DNA of 62,902 nucleotides, the filler included, from Klebsormidium nitens (taxonomy: Eukaryota > Plantae > Klebsormidiophyceae), in the NCBI GenBank assembly GCA_000708835.1. It is 7 parts of 7 records of this genome, joined end to end, with 100 filler letters (N's around TTAATTAATTAA, not from the genome) between each part and the next. Parts side by side here need not be neighbours in the genome. Positions count along the whole stretch, not along the records: positions 49,858 to 57,435 come from DF238287.1; positions 57,536 to 60,651 come from DF237681.1; positions 60,752 to 62,902 come from DF238162.1; 4 more parts are not named here. One strand, given 5' to 3'. Of this stretch, positions 52,430-62,902 are shown piece after piece. Below the pieces are notes generated by a model. The model was not told the origin of the DNA. It made no database searches and worked only from the letters and a program-made list of their open reading frames with translations. Position 1 is the stretch's first letter, and every line of letters starts with the position of its first letter. Both the position numbers and the translations under genes were made by a program.

Positions 52430-52496
52430 TAATGAGTGGAGAAACAATAAATCAGGGAGCCTAACAGACAGAATATTATACTTCATTGCAAGCACT

Positions 52497-53000
52497 TATG
52501 TATGTATGTGTTTCCTAATCTGAGGAGAATCCAAAAACTTTGTATTTTCCTCTTCTTTTTTGTAAGAAGAAAACGCATTTGCGTTTGTAGTACGACTTTT
52601 CCGGAGAAGGCAGATTAGCAAATACATACATACCTTGTAAACTCAGGGGTTTGAGGCACGGGCCACCTTACCCAAGGATATTATAGTTGACTGCAAGGAC
52701 TAATGTATGTATGTACCTTGTAATCTGAGATCAACCCAAAGGCTTTTGTGTACTAAAAACTATTCAACCTCCTAACTTTCCCATACGTTTGCTCCTTGTT
52801 TGGAGCAAGGAGAATTAGCAAATACATACATAATATCATTGATACAAAAGTATTATGTATGTATGTGTTTCCTGCTTTGCATGGGATCCAAGAAGTCCAA
52901 ACTGCAAGATTTTTCAATCTCTACTGCTGATTTTGTAAGAAGGAAGGATTGCGTTTGTAGTACGACCTTTCCAAGCCGGGCCAGATTAGGAACTACATAC
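52497..53000. repeat. Two diverged ~135-150 nt units, each bounded by inverted TATGTATGTGTTTCCT...AGCAAATACATAC ends
   Basis: TTGCGTTTGTAGTACGAC at 52579 and 52949; (TATG)n ends at about 52497, 52703 and 52853. Confidence 0.55.
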
Positions 53001-53876
53001 CCTTGAAGTGGCTGCAGTCTAGTAAAAAGCGGTCTATCGCCAACATATTGACAACGTGGCATACTGCGATGATGCACCATCAAGACTATTTGATCAGGTA
53101 CAATCTTTCAACGACAAGGGTGTTGTTGGCAATGGCGCCACCAATTTGCCGATTTAAACTCACTTTGCTCCCGCCCCTTGAACATTGTCAAAAGCGTTCA
53201 GCGTGCCCTTAAGGGCGGCATGTTATACAAGTCCGCGCGTCAAGCTCTGAAAAGGCTAGGTATTCACTGCTACTCCGTTTTGCTTTCGTTTTAGGATATG
53301 TAGCTCGGAAATGACTGCAGTTCTGGTGCTCTTAGAAGCCCTTCCTCAAAGTTTCCCCAGTACTGCATCATCAGCTCAAACTGCGGCAAGTTGAATAGCG
53401 GCTGCTCACGTTGCGTTTCCTTATAAATGCACTCGGTAAGGTCATCATTGGAGGGATGAGGCGGCAAGATGTTGGACGATGTTCCGAGCAGCGGGTTTCT
53501 TGCGGGAGACTCAGGTGGTGCTACCGGATGATGGGGCTGAAGGTTGTCAAGGTCCTTCAGAAGATCGTCCACTGCGGCAGAACAAGGGCTATGCTTCAAA
53601 CCAAGAGACAAATTGCATCAAGAGGTGACCAAACTTTGCAAATCGAGCTCGACATCCGTGAAGCCTAAGAGCATAAAACTATCGGGAAACAGTTAGACAA
53701 AGGAATTGCAACTTCCCATGATAACGCCTGGGAAACGCTGTCCGGGACTCATTTCATGTAGGTAGAAAGCTCCTTCTTTGGCCATTCTCACAACTAGTGA
53801 ACCACCAAGGTCCTGATAAGTGCTGGACATTACGAAACATGAAGCCGAAGAAGCTAGCATCTTTGTCCGAGGAAAA

Positions 53877-56800
53877 CTATTCTGGAACCTCAGCAACAGA
53901 CAATCGCTGCTCAACCTCAAACTCCTTGAATCTGATCAGGGTACTGTCTAATGACAGGAGTGACTTACCCTTTCGTCGAGATGCGACTTCTGCCTTCTTG
54001 CACACCCCCGCAAAGTACCGGAAGGCTGCATTTTGGTTTGTAAACTGTACCTCCCTGACCACCGCTCTCCCATCAGAGTCCTGCGCGCCATGGAAGACGT
54101 TCGAGTCCCCTATCAGGTTCGTGAGCATGACGGGCATGCCTACGCCCTTCCGCCGAGAGACGAGCGTGCACCCTACGAACTGGCCAAGAGCTTGGCCGCG
54201 AAACTCCTCGTGGTTTTTCTTCCATGCTGCTTCAGTTTTGGTGTCGACAATGCCGGATGTCTGCAGTAGAATGCAGAGCAACGGTCAGCAGATTGCGGGT
54301 GGGTATTGTAGAAACTCAGAAAATACTGAAAGCTCTTTGTTTATGTCTACGCCTGGATAGAAGCTCGTCATTCCTTGTACAGTAAGGGTGCTGCGGAGGA
54401 GTGTTAAAGAACCTCAAGACGAATAGAGAATCTTGTCTCCGTCTATGCCTAGACAGAAGCCCCTCGTTCCTTGCACAGGGATTTAGGGAGGTGCTCTGTT
54501 TTCGATGTCGCTTCTGCTCAAAGAGGGCCTACAGAGATGCACATTAGCAGACTCCGATACAAACTTCCACATGTGAAATGTAAACGCTTCACCTCACCTT
54601 ATCCAAGACGTTCTCTGGATTCTCTTTCGCTTGTGCCTCGAATTCAGCCATGACGAGGGCCAAGTCCGTTTTTGTCTCCCGCAATTTCAGCCTTTTTGTA
54701 GGAGTTGCATCCACCTTGCTGAAGATGTTCAACTGGCAGACGTTCACTGCCTTGTACCCCTCCAGATGCGCCGATATTTTTTCTTGGACAAAAGACTGAG
54801 CGGCGGTCATGTTTGCGCTGTCATCTTCGCGGACACCTGGCAATACAACAGGTTATGAATCAATTCAGAAACGTAGCTGACGTTTAACTCAAGCGAGCTG
54901 ATTCTTAAGGTCTGAACAAGCTCTAGACCAACTGCTGGATATCTTCGACAGCTGACACTTGCTTGAAACAAACGCAGCGAGTAAGACTGGCATGGAGCAG
55001 CTTCAGCCCCTCTACGAATAATCAGCGATTCCTCCAGCAAGGTTGCCCTGGCAATCAACAGGGAAAACGCCCTCTGACAATTTCGACGCTACCTGAACTG
55101 CAACAACCAGCTGCCAAACATATGGAAGAATGCCCGCACGAAGATCAATGCAAACATAGACAGAAGCAACAAGGAGCTTGCCTGCTTTCCAGTTGAAGAC
55201 TCCGCTGTTGTCAGCATCTAAAGCAGGGTCCAAGTCCCCAATTATCGTCTCTAAACCCTGGAAGCCCATCCTGCCCAACGCCTCCATCGCGTCCTCCAGG
55301 TCCGACTTTGACCCTCCTATTGAAATCTCGTCTGGGAAGTCCACGTTGAATTCCTTCTTTGCAACCCGGCGCACGATGGCTTCATCACAAAAGTAGGAGG
55401 TAATCACAAAAAGCGTCAGCTGTTCTGTTTTCTACCTCTCAAAACAACCACGTGTATTGCAACAGATACCGCGGCTTAGATGCCACAAACGAACTAGTCA
55501 GCTCGGACGCAAGAAGAGCCTTTCGCCGACCCTGCAACAAAGTGCCTGCAAAAGCTTATACGTAGTGCAAAGTCCACATCTTACCTGCAATGTCCTCTGG
55601 AAGCTGTAGTTGGACGACGGGCAGAGTAGCACCTGAAAGAATGACAGCTCATCATGAGCCGCTAAAAGCCTCCCAGCAGTCCTAACAATGTGTGGCTCTG
55701 AAGGGCAATTGCTCGCTGCCTGTAGCAGCTTGCCCTGCTTAGTCTGTACAATCGCCCTGCTTGAACAAGGAACAAGGATACTCGACCGCAGTGTTTCAAG
55801 GGTCGGAGAAAACGTAGAAGCATATGAAAAATATCAGAAATATGAGCATTTTGAGCTGTTCGCAAAACAAAACCCCCGAGGAAGTGCGAATGACTGGTTA
55901 CTAACATACGAACATGTTTCTTCCTTGTAATCAGCAATACTGAGACTGCAGTGCATGCTCGGCAAGAAGACAAAATGGAGAGAGCATTCATCATTGTCAG
56001 ACGCATTTCGGCAAATTCCTAGAAGGAAGGTAACCACGAAGCTTACGCTGACACAGTGGTGACCAGGAAGGCTACACAACAAAGGGAATCCTAGCACCAC
56101 CTCTGCGATCTACTTGCAGAGGTGCACTGACCTGCTTGAAGCCCGTGGACCTGCGCCGCACAGCTGGTTTCACCGATAGCTGATGACTGAACACCTGAAA
56201 TGGAACGGAGAGGAGCAGAGAGAGTCGGGATTTTCGCAACCAAAGGCAGCAAGCAAATCAGAAATGAAGATTGGAAATAGAGCACTATAGTATGGCTTTG
56301 GTGACAGTCTGTCTGATCTTCACCTCTTCTGGCATGCTCTGCTTACGCATGCGCACCCCCCAGCGTCGCATCATCAAACTGCTTCAACGTCTGCTTTGTT
56401 CACACTTCCTCGGTATGCTGTACATGCTGCTTTGATTCTCTTGAACGCTCTGACCACTAATGGAAAAGCGCAAGTTCTGATTCTGCTTACATACTTAGCG
56501 TAGGTGCCAGCGCAGCAGGCTATTAGGAGAAACCCTAGTAATATCTGGCCGCATGATCAGGACCGCTGCAGACATTCAGCTACCTACTCCAGCGATGATG
56601 GCACACCCAACTTCCATCATGAGGTAATGCTTCTCACAGACCATTGCCACCACCAACTGCAGGAAGGGGTGTCCACAACAAGAAACCCTGCCCCACTCCT
56701 ATGATGCTGAAACTGCAAGCAGATGGTGCAATGTGACTGGTAGGCCCCTACCTGCTGCCAGAGATGCCCGCACCAACAGCGCCCTCTCCTCCTGCAGGCG

Positions 56801-57004
56801 CCCCTTCTCGTCCTGCAGCTGCCCCTTTTCCGCTCGCAGCTGGCGCTTCTCCTCCTCCCAGTGCCCCTTGTCGAGGCCACCTTTTCTCCACTCCGCTTCT
56901 GCATTGGCGATGGCCTGTTTGACTTGCTTGATCTCCGCTTCCACCTCCGCAATCTGCTCGTTGACTCGCTCAATCTTCTCCTCCATAGCGGCTTGATCGT
57001 TCAT
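53877..57004 (-). CDS. Crinkler/RHS (CR)-like protein: N-terminal coiled-coil header + PD-(D/E)xK restriction-endonuclease-like domain; tentative exons 57004-56752, 56194-56132, 55632-55585, 55424-55182 (GC donor), 54836-54598, 54260-53877
   Basis: Header EEKIERVNEQIAEVEAEIKQVK...HWEEEKRQLRAEKGQLQDEK. Core FNW..GVREDD...KTDLALV...GIVDTK...GQALGQF...PVMLTNL parallels the CRN motifs FxW..E / TDL / IELKK / QAxxEL / PxxLTDL. Exon phases are consistent. The 3' end is uncertain (possible further exons to ~53300). Confidence 0.55.
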
Positions 57005-58093
57005 TCCGTTCAGTAGAGCAAACTGCCCCTACTCCACAGCCCCTTAGCAGAACCAGTGACCACTGGACCTGCGCGCCGTAGAGGTACCCCCTTACAGGGC
57101 TCACTAACCTTCCCGTATCCCTCAATTGGAAGTAAAAGTCAGGCTCTCATCTGGATGGCTATGGTCAGCTCGTATTTCCCCCACCTATGGCAAGTAGTGC
57201 AGGCCTCGGGCTCTCTGTTCCTCCCACCGGGGGTGCTGGGCTGGTTCGCCGCGGCCAGTCGGCTCAGACCGGACAGTATAGACCGGGCCGGGGCTGCCCT
57301 GCCGGTCTTGACAATCCTGGGTCCTGGATATTGTAAAATACTGCCCAAATCGTCTAAGAGCGTTGAGATCGATGAGATCGAATCTTCGCAAGGTTCCGTT
57401 GACCGACTGTATTGAACTAGAAATGCCACCGGATCNNNNNNNNNNNNNNNNNNNNNNNNNNNNNNNNNNNNNNNNNNNNTTAATTAATTAANNNNNNNNN
57501 NNNNNNNNNNNNNNNNNNNNNNNNNNNNNNNNNNNTTAGGTTCCGCTTTTCCCGTCTGCGGACTTATGAGTTACGACTTGGGTTTGCACTACCTTTCGGA
57601 GGAGGAAGTCGATTTCGACGGCCCACCGATTGAGTTTGCGGACCAGCTGCCTTCCCCTGGACCGTTGAACAACGCGCCGGACTTGCTGCAGGCGTTTGCG
57701 AAGGACGGTGACGTCATCGACGACGACTTGCTGCGGCGAGTAATCGACGTTCCGGTCCTGGCCTTGGCAGCGCCGGAAGGGGAAGCGGCAACCGGAAGGA
57801 ACGACGGCGGAGCGGCAGGCGACGTTTTCGTCGCAGACTCGGGTGAGAGGGCCTGTTGTTGCCACGTAGGAAAAGTTCTTCTTTTCAGTGGAGAGACTTT
57901 AAAGCCGGACGCGGCGGAAATCTCACCAACTCTGAAGGAGTGAAGAACGGCAGTGCGTGGTTTAGCGATATTGGGATTAACTCGAAGTCGCGCGAACCGC
58001 TAGCGGCTCAGGGTACGCTCACCGATCTCTTTCTGCGTTGTGGGATGGAACCGCAAACACGGTAAACCGAGGAGGAAGTCCGAATTGTTATCA

Positions 58094-60651
58094 GGGGCCC
58101 CGCAAAGTCTAGGCTCCACCGATACCCCAACCCCATGATTGGCAGGCTCTGCATCACGCTCATCTCCTTTGCGAAGGCCGCCTTGGTCCGGTCACATTGG
58201 TGACACCCCGCGACGCCCCGCCGTGCCGTCTCATACATCCCCGCCCACCAATACGTTCGCTTCAACAGATGAACCGTCCGCTTCTCTCCCCAGTGGCCGG
58301 TTTCCTCGTGTACCGCTTGCACCACGCCTTCCCGCTCCGCCGGCGGTGGCACAACCTTTTCTTCCCCGTTCCCCAGCCGCCGCAGTAGCACCCCGTCGTC
58401 AAATCGGTACGACAGGCTGCGCCGGCGCACTCTCTCCTGCTCCTTTTCGCTCCAGGCTGGGTCGGGCTGCTCTCCACGCACCACCTATAGGCAGTGGACA
58501 TCTTCCCATATGTCCGTGAGGCTCTTTGCCCTCTCTCCTCCCAGTTCTGCTTCCGCCGGCACAGGCAGTTGCACGTCAGGAAGCCCGTAGTCGAGAGGTG
58601 CTGGCAAAGCCAAGTCCTCGGGCTCACTTGTGGGGTCGTCGGGATACTCTTCTCCCCCGATCTCCCACCCCCAAGGGAAGTCTTGGTCGTTGTCCAGCGC
58701 CGGCCCCGCCGCCCTGGCTTGCCACGCAAGCAGCGCGGACGCCGTCCACACCGGCTCTGCCGGCGGGTCGTCATGCACCCGCGCTCCCGCCGGTCTTCCG
58801 TTTCCGGCAAGGGGTTTCGGCTGAGCCTGTCGGCGTTCATGTTAACCAGCCCCTTCCGGTACTTCACCTCAAAGTCGAACTCTTGAAGCATCAGCGCCCA
58901 CCGCGCGTGCATGCCGGTGAGGTTCTGGCTTGTCATCAGCCACTCCAGGGGCCGGTGATCCGTGTACAGCTTGAAGTGCACTCCGTAGAGGTACACCTGA
59001 AGTACCGTACCCCCCACACCGCTGCTAGGCACTCGCCGGCGTAGCTGCTGTAGTTCGACTCCGCTCTGTTATTGCTCCGGCTCGCGTACGCCACTACCCG
59101 CTCGTTCCCCGCTTCGTCTCTCTGCTGGAGGATCGCCCCGCACCCCGCCGCACTTCAATCCGTGTGCAGCTCGAACTCCCGTTTCGGATCCGGCCTCACC
59201 AGTAGCGGCGCCGCGCACAGCCCCGCTTTCAACTGGTCTGTCCCCGCCTTACACTCCGCCGGCAGCTCCGCGGGGAACTCCACGTCCTTCTTCAGCAAGT
59301 TGTTCAGCGGCCGGGCGACGACGCTGCAGCCCTTGAGGAAGCGCCGGTAGTAGTTGATGATGCCAAGGAGCTGCTTCAGGGCCGTCACGCTGGTGGGGTA
59401 CGGGATCCGCTGGATCGCCGCCACCTTCAGCTCCTGCGGCTTCAGGCCCACCGGATTCACGAGGTTCCCTAGGAAGGGGATCTCTGGGAAGAGGATCCTG
59501 ATCTTCTTCGGGTGCACCTTAATATTGTACTTGCGCGGCTGCACNNNNNNNNNNNNNNNNNNNNNNNNNNNNNNNNNNNNNNNNNNNNNNNNNNNNNNNN
59601 NNNNNNNNNNNNNNNNNNNNNNNNNNNNNNNNNNNNNNNNNNNNNNNNNNNNNNNNNNNNNNNNNNNNNNNNNNNNNNNNNNNNNNNNNNNNNNNNNNNN
59701 NNNNNNNNNNNNNNNNNNNNNNNNNNNNNNNNNNNNNNNNNNNNNNNNNNNNNNNNNNNNNNNNNNNNNNNNNNNNNNNNNNNNNNNNNNNNNNNNNNNN
59801 NNNNNNNNNNNNNNNNNNNNNNNNNNNNNNNNAGTAGTTGATGATGCCAAGGAGCTGCTTCAGGGCCGTCACGCTGGTGGGGTACGGGATCCTCTGGATC
59901 GCCGCCACCTTCAGCTCCTGCGGCTTCAGGCCCACCGGGTTCACGAGGTGCCCTAGGAAGGGGATCTCTGGGAAGAGAATCCTGATCTTCTTCGGGTGCA
60001 CCTTAATGTTGTACTTGCGCAGCTGCTCGAACACCGCGCGGAGCGCCTCCAGGTGCTCCTCGAACCCGCGCGAGTGCACGATCGTATCGTCGATGAAGGC
60101 GCGTGCCACCTCCCGCAGCTGCCGCAACACCCGGTCCATGAGCCGTTGGAAAAGCGCCGGCGCGTTCTTTGGGCCGAAGGGGGTGCGCAGGGGCATGTAG
60201 ATGTCGTCGTGGCCCCAGAACGCCAGCTTCCACTGGTCCCCCTCCCGGATGCGGATCTGATGGTACCCCATCCGCAGGTCCAGGGTTGAGAAACAGTCGC
60301 TCCCCCCCAGGTCATCGAACAGCTCGTCCGCCACCGGCATGGGGTACCTGTCCAGCACCGTCTTGTCGTTGTGCCGGCGGTAGTCCCCGCAGATCCGCCG
60401 CTCTGTTCAGTTCCCCTCAGCGTCCTTCTTCCGTGGCATCACCGTCGGCGCGCAGTTTGGTTCCTTCACCCCTGGCGGCAGCTTCAGTCTCGTTATCAGC
60501 TTCGCCGCTTCCTGCTCCTCGCAGTAGGCCTTCAGCAGCTCGTGTTCGTACTGGGAGAACCGCCGGCGGGGCGCGAGGATGGGCCTGTCGTCCGTGAACT
60601 CCACTTCGAACTCCACCCCCTCTATCGCCGTGTCGCTGAGGTCGTAGATTG
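58094..60651 (-). mobile_element. Ty3/gypsy LTR retrotransposon pol, decayed and truncated at both ends
   Basis: RT (RICGDYR, DRYPMP, FSTLDLRMGYHQI, PFGPKNAPALFQ, FIDD), RNase H (ELHTD*SAAG, VVAYASR, FKLYTDHRPL), integrase zinc finger (HEETGH...CHQC) and WSLDFAGP, in gypsy order. TGG>TGA stops near 60407 and 59155, plus frameshifts. Confidence 0.93.
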
Positions 60652-61027
60652 NNNNNNNNNNNNNNNNNNNNNNNNNNNNNNNNNNNNNNNNNNNNTTAAT
60701 TAATTAANNNNNNNNNNNNNNNNNNNNNNNNNNNNNNNNNNNNNNNNNNNNTCATTGACGGGGTGTGGTCCAGGGCTAAAAGTGCCCACCATTTGCTTTA
60801 TTAATGGCAGACATGGCCGGCCTGCCCCACACACTAACCGGCCCACACCTTGCATACGGCTCTTCCTTGCAAAACAGGAGGCTTCCTAAAGAATCATTGA
60901 CGGGGTGTGGTCAAGTGCCGAGAGTGCTTACTTGATGGGAGGGATGGCAGGTCCAACTTTACCGACGGCTTAACTGACCGGACCACACCTCGCGGATGGC
61001 CCGGACTCCAGCAGGAAAACGGCGCTC

Positions 61028-62807
61028 ACCTGACCAATGGTCGCTCGCCGTGGACGCAGCACGTCCTCCCCAAAGTCAGATTCGTCGAAGCAGCCATCGT
61101 CTTCAGGCTCTGGCGGGTCGTCGCAACTGGCCGCACGGTCACCAGGCACGGGCTCATTGCCCCTACTCTGCTGCACCTCCTCGTCCAACCCAGCAGTGTT
61201 GCTCTGCCTTGCCCGGCCGTCGCCGTTCTCACCCGAGGACTCCGACGATGAGAGCAGCACTCGGCGGCGCTGCCTGGTTTGTAGAGAGCGGGCTGCCCCA
61301 TCGAGCACCCGCCGCTTACGGAGAGCCGGAAGCTCGTCCGACCCAGAATCCGTTTCCATTGCGGCGGGCACCAGCTGCCGCTCAACCTGTGCCCCCGCCC
61401 ACCGCCCGTTGCTTCCGGCAGAGTCGGACTCGGCAAAGGACTGCGACCGTGAGGGCGGGGAACGGGCTTCGGCCGCTTTCGTCGTCTGCCTCCGCGCTCG
61501 CGGCTTGAAGCGCCGACCCAGAAGCTGAGAAACGTCCGACTCGGAGTCGCATTCCAGGGCGGCGCGAATTCTGCCTTGGGCGACCACGGGATTCTCCTCG
61601 TCTTGGCTTTTGTCGTCAATCATTTCGCGATCTTGGGACGTCTCCACGTCCGCAGATTCGCCCACGCTCTCGAACTCCGCCCCCTCAATGTCCTCGCCTT
61701 CGTCTTCCGAATCCGACAGCTCGGACCCGGACTCACTGGCCGCACTCGTAGCCGACCGCTGGTTGCCGCCGTTTATCTGTACAGAGGATGAGAGGTTCCT
61801 GATCAGTTCTAAGCAAACCTGATGCAAAGGTGACGACTAGCGCCGCTCGACTCGTGTTTCAAAGACCGCAACCGGCCAGGCCGTGAGCTTTCACAAAGTG
61901 CTGGAACGTGACCCACTAGATACAGTCAAGTTGAGAAAGAGACCTAATTGCTGCTTACAACATGCAGATTGCCATCATTTTCGGGCCAATCTCAAGGGCT
62001 TGCGCTAGACAGCTATGCAAGGGACACTCAGCGACTCCAATGATCTCTTTCCCAGGCTGAGATCTCTTTCCCAGGCTGAAAGCAGCGCCAGTCTGAAGAC
62101 GTTTGGGGTCAGGATGCAAAGATCACTAATATCTCGTTGCAACTGTCCGATGTGATGTGTAACTTCCTAACTCACCTGCTCGCTCAAACGTGCTTTGCTC
62201 CTCCACGCTTCAAACTCTGAATGCATGCTCTGGGCTTGGCGCGACGGCGGACTGCCGTAAACCTCCTGCACAACATAGAAAGGCGATGATATTGAGCTCA
62301 GGTTCCCTCATCTGTGTCCCTTTTGTTCTGGGATGCCGCACGTCTCAACCAACATGCAACCGACTACATGCTTCTCAGCTCGCACGCAAGCGATCTCAGC
62401 AATCATGGAAGGATCCTCTTCGATGATGCTGCAAGGGGATTGTGCGCGCGCTCACCTCCAGTGACGGCAGTGGGATGAGTGGCCACCCTCTGTCGATGTC
62501 GCTTCCCAGCGTTGTCCTGCCTTGAGCCGCAGAATCGCTTACCTCGTTGCCCCCCCAGCCGGGATTGGGCTCGATCCCCCCAATGATCAGGAGCGTTGCT
62601 GCTCGCAAAAAGACCACACCTCGGACTTTAGAAACAGATGCAGGACGCGGAGCGTAGCTTGCAATGGAAGGATGTTATGGATCAATGGCGAAGGAGGCAA
62701 CTGACTCGAGCAAAGCACAAGAGCTCGCAAAGCTGGACCTCTGGGGCGTCAGAAATGAGCCTCTCACCTGTGAGGCGTCTGCTCTTGGGCGCTGAATTAT
62801 AGTACAT
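61028..62807 (-). CDS. Unknown multi-exon protein with a 2A-like N-terminal motif and an acidic, disordered, NLS-like region; tentative exons 62807-62768, 62625-62543, 61778-61028; continues toward the contig end
   Basis: Exon LLIIGGIEPNPGWGGNE|gtaagc joins in phase 0 to tacag|INGGNQRS...SDSEDEGED...RKRR...IGQ|gtgagc. The first exon and its AAG acceptor are inferred only. Confidence 0.5.
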
Positions 62808-62902
62808 CCCACTTCACTGAAAAGTATTGTTGTAAGCTGCAATTCATGAGCAACAGATCAACAACTTTGCATCCTAGTATCCGGAATGACATTGAACACG
62901 CC

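Noticed and set aside
56500-56700. Possible extra exon(s) in the first intron of the Crinkler-like gene
   Set aside because: Phase-1 entry hits stop codons, and the apparent internal intron is only 18 nt.

Overview
Eukaryotic, intron-rich nuclear DNA from a green plant lineage. It is probably a streptophyte alga such as Klebsormidium; this is inferred from a nuclear petM with a transit peptide, MTV1 and AHK1 homologues, and GC-rich exons. The window is not continuous: six 100-nt artificial spacers (N44-TTAATTAATTAA-N44) join seven contigs, so adjacency across them means nothing. Contig 1 holds petM and a divergent 5-exon tepsin/MTV1 gene. Contig 2 (9.4-36.4 kb) holds a phased DRE-like array, a GTAC array and MITEs. 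It then carries a 9-exon PAS + receiver protein with no kinase core, followed on the same strand by an AHK1/CKI1-like Cache-domain histidine kinase that is cut off at the contig end. Contig 3 is a decayed Ty1/copia element with its 3' LTR. Contig 4 is a decayed LINE carrying RNase H. Contig 5 holds an intron-containing DUF6729-like putative transposase and a co-oriented Crinkler-like (coiled-coil + PD-(D/E)xK nuclease) gene. Contig 6 is a decayed Ty3/gypsy element. Contig 7 is an unknown gene with a 2A-like N-terminal motif. All exon models and domain calls were made by eye, without database searches.
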